Source: Vicinamibacteria bacterium (GTDB lineage Bacteria; Acidobacteriota; Vicinamibacteria; Marinacidobacterales; Marinacidobacteraceae). Taken from it: DNA of 64,000 nt. Made by a program: the position numbers and the translations under genes. Positions within the stretch are counted from its first letter, which is position 1. Each line of letters begins with the position of its first letter. The stretch covers positions 1,856,001 to 1,920,000 of the forward strand of contig CAXXLQ010000004.1 in assembly GCA_963668695.2 (NCBI GenBank), read 5' to 3'. Below the pieces are notes generated by a model that worked only from the letters and a program-made list of their open reading frames with translations, ran no database searches and was not told where the DNA came from. Shown one piece after another: positions 1-8,388 of the stretch.

Positions 1-937
1 TCTCGGCGGGCCGCTCCGCGGCAGCCTGAACGTTCGTGACCGCGTGAACGCGGGCGAGATCCCCGGACCGCGACTCTGGATGAGCGGGCCGTGGCTCGCG
101 CGCCGGGTGGGCGTCTTCCCGCCGGACTACCAGATCGAGGTCACGAGCTCCGAAGGAGCGGCGCGGTCGGCGGAAGAACTCGCCGACGCCGGGGTGGATG
201 TGATCAAGGCCCACTCGGGCCTCACCCTCGAGGACTACCGGGCCATCGTCGAGGCCGCGCACCGGCGTGACCTCCGGGTCCACGCCCACGTCTACGCCCC
301 GGAGGACGTGCGGAACGCCTTGGAGGGCGGGGTAGATGTGCTGACCCACGCCGGCTCGGCAGGAACTCCGCCGTACCCTCCGGAGCTGTTGCGGGACATC
401 GTGGTGCGCGGAACCCCGGTGGTGATCACCGGAGCGCACCGGGTGTGGGTCTTCCCGGCCACGGTGGCCTTTCCCGAAAGGCTCCAGGACTCCCGCCTGA
501 CGGCCGATTTCCCCGCGGACATGTACGCCGAGGTCCAACGCTCGTTCGAGAACTTCCACACCCTGCGCTACTTCCGGACCACTCCCCGCCAGATGTTCTT
601 CGGCGACGCTTCGCTCGGACAGTTCATCGAGGCCGGTGCGGTCATGGGTATGGGTACCGACTCGGGGACGCCGATGAACTTCCACACCGAGGCGCTGTGG
701 AGGGAGATCAAGTCGCACGTGGATCTCGGGATGTCGCCCCAGCGGGCGATTTCCGCGAGCACCCGCGTCAACGCGGGGATCCTGGGGCGGGGCGCTGACC
801 TCGGTACGATTGAAGCCGGCAAGCTGGCCGACATCATCGTCGTCAAGGGAGATCCGCTCTTCAACATCACGGCCCTCGCCGATGTCGAAACCGTGGTCAA
901 GGGCGGACGAATCTTCAAGGGCGGCCCGGCTCGCTGA
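1..937 (+). CDS. Metal-dependent amidohydrolase (Amidohydro_1), 5'-truncated by window edge
   Basis: Frame is open from base 2 (LGGPLRGSLNVRDRVN...). Contains DVIK, HAH, GTDSG and GTIEAGKLAD motifs. Close paralog of 3281..4630. Confidence 0.85.
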   Translation, partial: LGGPLRGSLNVRDRVNAGEIPGPRLWMSGPWLARRVGVFPPDYQIEVTSSEGAARSAEELADAGVDVIKAHSGLTLEDYRAIVEAAHRRDLRVHAHVYAPEDVRNALEGGVDVLTHAGSAGTPPYPPELLRDIVVRGTPVVITGAHRVWVFPATVAFPERLQDSRLTADFPADMYAEVQRSFENFHTLRYFRTTPRQMFFGDASLGQFIEAGAVMGMGTDSGTPMNFHTEALWREIKSHVDLGMSPQRAISASTRVNAGILGRGADLGTIEAGKLADIIVVKGDPLFNITALADVETVVKGGRIFKGGPAR

Positions 938-972
938 TGCGCCGCGAACGGAACTGGGGAGCACACATCGGT

Positions 973-1005
973 CCATGACTCGACGATTGCCATGACTCGA
1001 CGATT
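973..1005 (+). repeat. 17-bp-period tandem duplication (CCATGACTCGACGATT x2) spanning the start codon of the next gene
   Basis: Identical 16-mers at 973-988 and 990-1005. Confidence 0.9.
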
Positions 1006-1549
1006 ACTGGTCCGCTGGGCCCTTTCCCTCCTCGCGGTCGCGCCGCTTGCGCGGGTCCGTCTCTTCGCCCAGGTGAGGAGCCTCGACGAGTCGGATGCGG
1101 AGACGCTCGGGGCGCTCGCGAAGGTGGCGCTCCCGAGTTCGCTCGGAGCCGAGGGGGCGGAGGGAGTGGCCCAGGACTTTCTCCGCTGGATCGGAGGCTA
1201 CCGCGCGGGAGCCGAGATGAGTCCCGGCTACGGGATCCCCCGCGTCCGCAGGACTCCGGACCTGGACATCTCAAGCTACCGGCCCCAGCTTCAGGCTCTC
1301 CGGGACGGCATGGATGCCCGCGGTTCCGACGCCGCCGTGAAGCAGCGGATCCGCGCATCTCTCGAGGAAGCCGGTATCGAGTCGCTTCCCTCCCGACCCG
1401 ACGGACGGCACGTGGTGGCCGATTTGCTCAGCTACTACCTGGGCAGCAGCGAGGCGCGCGACCTCTGCTACCAGGCCGAGATACGCCGCTACACCTGTCC
1501 CGGACTCTCCGGATTGGACGAGAAACCGGCGCCGCTGCGGCGGGCGTAG
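992..1549 (+). CDS. Probable Tat-exported small subunit (gluconate 2-dehydrogenase subunit 3-like) of the adjacent flavoprotein
   Basis: N-terminal MTRR plus hydrophobic stretch; lies 4 bp upstream of a GMC oxidoreductase that has no signal peptide. Confidence 0.55.
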   Translation: MTRRLLVRWALSLLAVAPLARVRLFAQVRSLDESDAETLGALAKVALPSSLGAEGAEGVAQDFLRWIGGYRAGAEMSPGYGIPRVRRTPDLDISSYRPQLQALRDGMDARGSDAAVKQRIRASLEEAGIESLPSRPDGRHVVADLLSYYLGSSEARDLCYQAEIRRYTCPGLSGLDEKPAPLRRA

Positions 1550-1553
1550 GAGA

Positions 1554-3173
1554 GTGGCGATGCAGACCTACGAGAGCGACGTTTGCGTCGTGGGCGGCGG
1601 CATCTCCGCGGCCCTGATCTCCCAGAAACTCTCCGAACTGGCGCCGGACGCCACGGTCACCGTTGTGGAAGCAGGGGACCGCTTCTTCGACCTCCGGGCC
1701 CGTAGCCGGAACCGGCGGCGCTGGCTCGACTATCGCGAGAACGCCTGGCCGGGAGACTTCATCGAAGACCAGGAGGCCGAGGGCATGATTTCCCGCACCA
1801 TGGCGGTGGGCGGGTCGGCCCTTCATTGGGGAGCGGTGTGCAACCGTTTCTCGCGGGAAGACCTGGAGTTGCGCTCCCGTTACGGGCTGGCGGTGGACTG
1901 GCCCATCGAATGGGCGGAGTTCGAGCGGTTCACCTGCGAGGCGGAGCGGCGCCTGGGAGTGCAGGGCGAAGAGGCGCCGTATCCCGAAGATCGGCCTTCG
2001 GCGCCCTACCCGATGCCGCCGATGCCGCTCTCCTACAACCTGCAGCAACTGAAAGGCTGGGCGCAAAAGAGCGGCATCCGGTTCCAGGGCACGCCGGAGG
2101 CCAAGAACACGGTTCCCTATGACGGCCGGAGCGTGTGCATGCGCTGCAACACCTGCTCGGTGTGCCCCACCGGCGCGCGCTACTCGCCCGACTTCACCTT
2201 CAAGAGGCTGCTGGACGAGAACCGGCTCACCCTGCACGACCGCACGCTCATCCGGAAGCTGATCCCGGACGAATCCGGTTCCCGGATCGTTGCTGCCCGG
2301 GGGCTCCACCGCGACCGGCCCGACGAGGAGGTGGAGTACCGGGCGCCGCTCTTCGTGATTGCCTCGGGCTACGTCTGGAGTTCCCACCTCCTGCTGCTGT
2401 CGGCGAATTCCCGTTTCCCGGACGGTCTGGCGAATCGTTCCGGTCTCGTGGGCCGGTACATGACCGGCCACGCGTTCATCAGCGCCTTCATGGAAACCGA
2501 CACCGAGCTCTATCCGGGCATGATGTCCCACAGCCTGGTCTCGCGCGAGTTCTTTCGCTGCCCGTCGGACAACCCGTTCGTGCGGCACGACCTGCGGGTA
2601 TGGGAGAACGAGCACGGGCAGGGACCGCGACTCCGCGACGACGCGGGATCGGTCTTGCTGGGGGATGAACTGCTGGACGACTGGAGATCCAGAACGGGGC
2701 GCGGGATGGCGCGCGTTCGCGCCTACTACGACGTGCATCCCGACCGGGACAGCGCGCTCACTCTCGACCCGGCCCGGCAAAACCGCTACGGGGATCCGCT
2801 GCCCCGCGTCGAGCATCGGCTCGACGAGCCCACCCAGGCCCGTGAGGCCGCCACCAAGGAACAGATTCTGGGTATCTTCGGCCGGCTCGCTGGCGGCGGC
2901 AAACTCCTCGACACGCAGTACAGCACCTACCTCGATCATCCCTGCGGCGGCTGCCGGATGGGAACGGACCCCTCCGACAGCGTCTGCGACAGCTTCGGAA
3001 GGACTCACGACCACGAGAACCTGTTCGTGGTGGGAGCCCCGACGCTGCCGACCGGCGGCTGCACGAACGGCACATTGACGTTCTCCGCGCTCACCCTCCG
3101 CTCCGCGGAGGAGATCGGGCGCGACCTTGGCTGGACACCGGTGGAGACGGAGCCGCTTTCGGGGGCGCCGTGA
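1554..3173 (+). CDS. GMC-family FAD oxidoreductase
   Basis: VVGGGISA FAD-binding motif, VGGSALHW, Cys cluster CMRCNTCSVCP, HPCGGCRMG and NLFVVG C-terminal motifs. Confidence 0.9.
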   Translation: MAMQTYESDVCVVGGGISAALISQKLSELAPDATVTVVEAGDRFFDLRARSRNRRRWLDYRENAWPGDFIEDQEAEGMISRTMAVGGSALHWGAVCNRFSREDLELRSRYGLAVDWPIEWAEFERFTCEAERRLGVQGEEAPYPEDRPSAPYPMPPMPLSYNLQQLKGWAQKSGIRFQGTPEAKNTVPYDGRSVCMRCNTCSVCPTGARYSPDFTFKRLLDENRLTLHDRTLIRKLIPDESGSRIVAARGLHRDRPDEEVEYRAPLFVIASGYVWSSHLLLLSANSRFPDGLANRSGLVGRYMTGHAFISAFMETDTELYPGMMSHSLVSREFFRCPSDNPFVRHDLRVWENEHGQGPRLRDDAGSVLLGDELLDDWRSRTGRGMARVRAYYDVHPDRDSALTLDPARQNRYGDPLPRVEHRLDEPTQAREAATKEQILGIFGRLAGGGKLLDTQYSTYLDHPCGGCRMGTDPSDSVCDSFGRTHDHENLFVVGAPTLPTGGCTNGTLTFSALTLRSAEEIGRDLGWTPVETEPLSGAP

Positions 3174-3280
3174 ACGCGGCGGGCGGGTCGCGGAGTCGGG
3201 ACCGCCCCCCCTGGCAACATGTTTCTTGGCTGCCGGCGTCGACAGATCGCCGGGAGCCCCCAAATTGGAGGGTAGGCGTC

Positions 3281-4630
3281 ATGGCGTTGCTTCGAACGAG
3301 GGCTGGCCGCCGTATCGGCCGGTTCGGTCTGATCGCGTTTCTCGCGCTCGCGGCGCCGGCGGCGGCGCAGAACAAACTCGCGCTGGTGGGGGGGATGCTC
3401 CTCGACGGCTACGAGGTGCCGCCGGTGCATCACGCCGCGGTGGTGATCGAGGGCAACCGGATCGTCGCGGTAGGCCCCGCCGCCCAGATCCAGATTCCGC
3501 CGGACGCCGAGGTCATCGACACCAGCGGGCGGGTGATGATGCCGGGGATGATCGACCTGCACGCCCATCTGGCGGTCCTTGGACACGGCTCCTACGGCCG
3601 CTGGTTTTCCTGGCTCGAGGAGGAGGGAATTTCCATTCAACAAGTAATGGAAATCTCGGCGAAGCAGCTCCTGCTCGCCGGAGTCACCACCGCCGTGGAT
3701 CTTGCGGCGCCGCTCGAAGCCAGTATCTCCGTGCGGGACCGGATCGCCCGCGGGGAGATCCCCGGCGCCCGGATGCTGATGAGCGGCCCCTGGATCACCA
3801 GCTCTGTCAGGTTCTGGCCGGAGGAGTTCCAGATCGGCGTCTCGTCCCCCGAGGAGGCGTCGGCGGCAGTGGAGCGGCTCGCTGAGGCGGGGGTGGATGT
3901 GATCAAGGCGTGGGCCGGGCTCACCCGGGACGACTACCAGGCGATCGCGGACACCGCGCACGAACACGGCTTGCGGGTTCACGCTCATGTCTATGGGCCC
4001 GAAGAGGTCAGAAACGCCCTCGAGACCGGCATTGATGTGCTCACCCACGCCGGCTCGGCGGGGACCCCGCCGTACGAGCCGGAGCTGATCCGGGACATCG
4101 TGGTCGCCGGCCGCCCGGTGGTCATCACCGGCGCCCACCGGGTGTGGGTCTTCCCGGCCACTGTGCAGTTCCCCGAACGGCTCCAGGACCCGCGGCTCCG
4201 TCAGGACCTGCCCCCGGCCATGTACGACGAGTTCCAGCGGAGCTTCGAGAACTTTCACACGCTCGGCTATTTCCAGACGACCCCTCGGCAGATGTTCTTC
4301 GGCGACGCGTCGCTCGGACAGTGGATCGAGGCCGGCGCCGTGATGGGGATGGGCACCGACTCGGGGACGCCGATGAACTTTCACACCGAGGCGCTCTGGC
4401 GCGAGATCAAGGCCCACGTGGACCTCGGGATGGCGCCTCTCGACGCCATCGCCGCCGCGACCCGGATCAATGCGCGGATTCTCGGGATGGGTGACGACCT
4501 CGGAACCATCGAGGAAGGCAAGCTCGCGGACATAATCGTGCTCGATGGAGATCCGCGGTTCGACATCACGGCTCTCGATGACCCCGTACTCGTGGTCAAG
4601 GACGGCCGGCCGTACCGCCGCGGCGAGTGA
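3281..4630 (+). CDS. Exported metal-dependent amidohydrolase (Amidohydro_1)
   Basis: Signal peptide ending AAAQ; MPGMIDLHAH metal motif; GTDSG. Start moved from ORF call 3170 to the ATG at 3281. Confidence 0.88.
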   Translation: MALLRTRAGRRIGRFGLIAFLALAAPAAAQNKLALVGGMLLDGYEVPPVHHAAVVIEGNRIVAVGPAAQIQIPPDAEVIDTSGRVMMPGMIDLHAHLAVLGHGSYGRWFSWLEEEGISIQQVMEISAKQLLLAGVTTAVDLAAPLEASISVRDRIARGEIPGARMLMSGPWITSSVRFWPEEFQIGVSSPEEASAAVERLAEAGVDVIKAWAGLTRDDYQAIADTAHEHGLRVHAHVYGPEEVRNALETGIDVLTHAGSAGTPPYEPELIRDIVVAGRPVVITGAHRVWVFPATVQFPERLQDPRLRQDLPPAMYDEFQRSFENFHTLGYFQTTPRQMFFGDASLGQWIEAGAVMGMGTDSGTPMNFHTEALWREIKAHVDLGMAPLDAIAAATRINARILGMGDDLGTIEEGKLADIIVLDGDPRFDITALDDPVLVVKDGRPYRRGE

Positions 4631-4643
4631 GGGAGTGAGGACG

Positions 4644-6566
4644 ATGAGGGGTGGAACGAAACGGCTGCGCATTGCGCTGGCGATGCTGTTGCTGCCGCTT
4701 CCCGGCGCCTATGGCCAGCAGGCGGACTGGGAGACCCACGGCGGAGATCCCGGAGGGATGAAGTACTCGTGGCTCGACGAGATCAACCGCGACAACGTCG
4801 GCCAGCTCGAGGCGGTCTGGACCTGGGAGACCGGGGAGCAACCGCTGCCGGCGGCGAGCACTCCCATTCGGGGCCAGCCGGTGGCGCCCGGCAAGTTCCA
4901 GGGGACTCCGGTCGTCCTGGACGGAGTCATGTACCTCAGCACCTCTTACAGCCGGGTGGTTGCGCTTGACGCGGTCACCGGGGAGGAGCTCTGGGCCTAC
5001 GATCCCCGCGCTTACGAGTGGGGAAATCTCCCGCGGGGTTGCCGCTTCTGCCACCGCGGCGTCGCTGTCTGGACCGACGGTGAGGAGCGGCGCATCTTCA
5101 TCAACAGCCGCTGGATGCTGGTCGCGCTCGATGCCGTGACCGGAGAGCCGATCGCGTCGTTCGGGAAGGGCGGGGTCGCGGATCTCACCGAGAACCTGGT
5201 GTGGGAGACGAACCGGCTCATGTACACGAACACCTCACCGCCGGTGATCTACCAGGACCTGGTCATCGTCGGCAGCGGCGTTCCCGACAACCGGATCTAC
5301 CGAAAGAACCCTCCCGGCGACGTGCAGGCGTTCAACGTGCGCACCGGGGAGTTCGTGTGGAGCTTCCACACGATCCCGCAGAAGGGTGAGTACGGCAACG
5401 ACACCTGGGAGGACGACTCCTGGTCCTACACCGGATCGGCCAATGTCTGGGCGCCGTTCACCGTGGACGCCGAGCGGGGGCTGGTGTATCTGCCCGTCAG
5501 CACCCCGAACAACGACTTCTACGGTGGCCATCGCAAGGGCGACAACCTCTTCGCCGAGTCCATCGTCTGTCTCGACGCCAATACCGGCAGGCGGGTCTGG
5601 CACTTCCAGACGGTGCGTCACGGAATCTGGGACTACGACCTCCCCGCGCCTCCGAACCTGATCACCATTCAGGTGGACGGCGAGACCATCGACGCGGTGG
5701 CGGTGGTGGGAAAGACCGGATTCGTCTACGTCTTCGATCGGGTCACCGGCGAACCGGTTTGGCCGATCGAAGACCGTCCGGTGCCGGGAAGCGACGTGCC
5801 CGGCGAGAGGGCCGCCCTGACCCAGCCCTACCCCACGAAGCCTCCGCCGTTCGGCCGTCAGGGGTTCAGCGAAGACGATCTGATGGACTTCACTCCCGAG
5901 CTGAAGGCGATGGCGCTCGAGGTCGTCAAGGAGTATCGGCTGGGCGCGCTGTTCACCCCGCCGTCCCTGGAGGGGACGCTCATGATGCCGGGGATCTGGG
6001 GCGCCGGGAACTGGGGAGGCGCGGCCTTCGATCCCGGCACCGGGACGCTGTACGTCAAGGCAACCAACTGGCCCTCGCTCTTCCGGGTGGGCAAGCCCGA
6101 CCGGAACCTGGTGGATGCCGACTACAGCGGCTCGGGCTTCGGGGCCCGGCTGGAGATCGCAGAAGGCGTGCCCGTGCACAAGCCTCCCTACGCCACCCTC
6201 ACCGCCATCGATCTGAACGCCGGCGAGCTGCTCTGGCAGATTCCCCTCGGCGATTCACCGGCCATCCGCAACCATCCGTTGCTGCAGGATCTGGATCTCC
6301 CCCAGCTCGGGGTGGGCCCGCCGCAGCACGGGCAATCCGCAGCGCTCGTCACCGAAGGAGGGCTGCTCCTCATCAGCGCGGCGAGCGATCATCTCTACAT
6401 CTTCAACAAGGCGGACGGCACGCTGCTCCACGAGATCGCGCTGGGCGGCGGCGGTTTCGGCAATCCCGTCACCTATCTCGCGGGCGGACGCCAGCAGGTG
6501 TCCATCGCCACCTCGCAGTCGGACGGATCGGGCGCGAAGATCCTCACGTTCAGCCTGCCTCGATAG
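4644..6566 (+). CDS. PQQ-dependent dehydrogenase (glucose/quinate dehydrogenase-like), exported
   Basis: DWETHGGDPGGMKYS..INRDNVGQLE, GTP, HRGVAVW, WHFQTVRHGIWDYD and PPYATLTAIDL motifs; signal peptide from ATG 4644. Confidence 0.9.
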   Translation: MRGGTKRLRIALAMLLLPLPGAYGQQADWETHGGDPGGMKYSWLDEINRDNVGQLEAVWTWETGEQPLPAASTPIRGQPVAPGKFQGTPVVLDGVMYLSTSYSRVVALDAVTGEELWAYDPRAYEWGNLPRGCRFCHRGVAVWTDGEERRIFINSRWMLVALDAVTGEPIASFGKGGVADLTENLVWETNRLMYTNTSPPVIYQDLVIVGSGVPDNRIYRKNPPGDVQAFNVRTGEFVWSFHTIPQKGEYGNDTWEDDSWSYTGSANVWAPFTVDAERGLVYLPVSTPNNDFYGGHRKGDNLFAESIVCLDANTGRRVWHFQTVRHGIWDYDLPAPPNLITIQVDGETIDAVAVVGKTGFVYVFDRVTGEPVWPIEDRPVPGSDVPGERAALTQPYPTKPPPFGRQGFSEDDLMDFTPELKAMALEVVKEYRLGALFTPPSLEGTLMMPGIWGAGNWGGAAFDPGTGTLYVKATNWPSLFRVGKPDRNLVDADYSGSGFGARLEIAEGVPVHKPPYATLTAIDLNAGELLWQIPLGDSPAIRNHPLLQDLDLPQLGVGPPQHGQSAALVTEGGLLLISAASDHLYIFNKADGTLLHEIALGGGGFGNPVTYLAGGRQQVSIATSQSDGSGAKILTFSLPR

Positions 6567-6572
6567 GACGCA

Positions 6573-8156
6573 GTGGTGGGCGCTTCGAGCCTCGCGCTCC
6601 TCGCGCTGGTTCTCGGGCCGGCCGCTTCGCAGGGCCCATCGTTCGAACTCCTGATCCGGGGCGGGACCGTCGTCGACGGTTCGGGATCGCCTCGGTTTCG
6701 GGCTGATGTCGGCATCCGCGACGGACGTGTCGCGCGAATCGCTCGGGATGGCATCAACGCCGACGAAGCGCGTGAAGTGCTCGACGCCGAGGGCCTCATC
6801 GTCACCCCGGGATTCATCGATAACCACGCCCATATTCAGTCCAGCATTCGCGAGCGTCCCCTCGCGGAGAATTTCCTGCGCCAGGGCATCACGACGATTC
6901 TGGCGAGCCTTCATAGCGGCGACCAGCCGTGGCCGCTCGATCAGTTCATGGCCAGTCTGGAGGTGGCCCCCAATGTGGGGTTCTTCGCCGGCCACACCTG
7001 GGTGCGGAAACAGGTTCTCGGACTTGAAGATCGGGAGCCGACCGCCGACGAACTCGAGGAGATGAAACGCCTCGTCGAGGAGACGATGCGGCAGGGCGCG
7101 CTCGGTCTCTCGACCGGGCTCCTGTATGTGCCGGCCAACTATGCGAGGACGGAAGAGGTTGTGGAACTCGCGAAGATCGCGGCGCGCTACGGCGGCATCT
7201 ACGTGTCCCACATGAGAGACGAGGGGCGAGGGCTCGTCGAGTCGGCCGACGAACTCATCCGGGTCGCGCGCGAAGCAGGAATCCCCGCGCAGATCCAGCA
7301 CCATAAGGCCATGGGCGTTGCCCAGTGGGGGCAGAGCACTGAGACCCTCCGCATGATCGACGAAGCGCGGGCGGCGGGGCTCGACATCAAACACGACCTA
7401 TACCCGTACGCGGCGGCGAGCACGGGCTCGAGCGTTCTGTTCCCCCCGTGGGCGCTCGCGGGTGGCAGCGACGAACTCGCAGCGCGGCTGGAGGATCCCG
7501 GCACGCGGAGACGGATCGAGATTGGCATCGCGGATCGGATGGAGCAGGAGTGGACCGGAGACGATCTGTCGAGAATCCAGTTTCGGGTCATTCGGTCGAT
7601 CCCGGACTACAACGGCAAGACGCTCGCCGATTTGGCGGCGGACCGCGGACTCCCGAACACGGTCGAAGCCGGGGTGCAGCTCGTCATCGAACTCCAGCTC
7701 GCCGGAGGGTTCAACGCCATCTACCATGTGATGTCGGAAGACGACCTCGAACGCATCATGCGGCATCCTCAAGCGATGTTCGAGACCGACGGCGATTCGG
7801 TCGGCCTCGGCCGTGGCTATCCGCATCCCAGAAGCTACGGAACATTTCCCCGCATCCTGTCTCGTTACGTACGCGAAAAGGGCGTGCTCACCTTGGAGGA
7901 GGCCGTTCACAAGATGACGTCCATGCCGGCGATGCAGTTCGGCCAGGACGATCGAGGTCTGGTTCAGGTCGGGAAGTTCGCCGACATCACGGTCTTCGAC
8001 GCGGACACGGTGCAGGATCGCGCGACGTACACCGATCCTCATCACTACCCGGTGGGGATCGTTCATGTGTTGGTGAACGGGATTCCCGTCATCAAAGACG
8101 GCTCCCTGACCGGCGCGAAGCCAGGGACCGTCTTGCGGGGACCGGCGCGGCGGTAG
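6573..8156 (+). CDS. N-acyl-D-amino-acid deacylase (D-aminoacylase)
   Basis: IRGGTVVDGSG, PGFIDNHAH, GLSTGLLYVP, SHMRDE, HPRSYGTFPR and KMTSMPA motifs. Confidence 0.9.
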   Translation: MVGASSLALLALVLGPAASQGPSFELLIRGGTVVDGSGSPRFRADVGIRDGRVARIARDGINADEAREVLDAEGLIVTPGFIDNHAHIQSSIRERPLAENFLRQGITTILASLHSGDQPWPLDQFMASLEVAPNVGFFAGHTWVRKQVLGLEDREPTADELEEMKRLVEETMRQGALGLSTGLLYVPANYARTEEVVELAKIAARYGGIYVSHMRDEGRGLVESADELIRVAREAGIPAQIQHHKAMGVAQWGQSTETLRMIDEARAAGLDIKHDLYPYAAASTGSSVLFPPWALAGGSDELAARLEDPGTRRRIEIGIADRMEQEWTGDDLSRIQFRVIRSIPDYNGKTLADLAADRGLPNTVEAGVQLVIELQLAGGFNAIYHVMSEDDLERIMRHPQAMFETDGDSVGLGRGYPHPRSYGTFPRILSRYVREKGVLTLEEAVHKMTSMPAMQFGQDDRGLVQVGKFADITVFDADTVQDRATYTDPHHYPVGIVHVLVNGIPVIKDGSLTGAKPGTVLRGPARR

Positions 8157-8371
8157 CAGCCGGTGGTGGAACCCGCGTGAGCGCCGAGGCCGGCGAGGCG
8201 CCCGGCTGACAAGGCGCGTGAGGGAGGAGCCCCCACCGGGAGAACTGGCCCGAGTGTCTTTCGACCGAAACGCAACGATGAGCGGCGCGAAGCGACGCGG
8301 TTCAGCCGGGATGGATCGCCGGCCGAGCCCCCACCGGGAGAACTGGGCCGCGCGGGTCCCACCACCGGCTG
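8157..8371. mobile_element. MITE-like element copy 1 (21-bp terminal inverted repeats)
   Basis: CAGCCGGTGGTGGAACCCGCG ... CGCGGGTCCCACCACCGGCTG, flanked by GTAG/CTAG; core shared with four other copies. Confidence 0.75.
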
Positions 8372-8388
8372 CTAGCAGGCGGGTCACC

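Noticed and set aside
8063-8365. Short ORFs with recurring peptides (REEPPPGELARV, PVLPVGAPPSRALSAG) here and at 18738, 31675-32123 and 49168-49501
   Set aside because: They are translations of the MITE in various frames, not a protein family.
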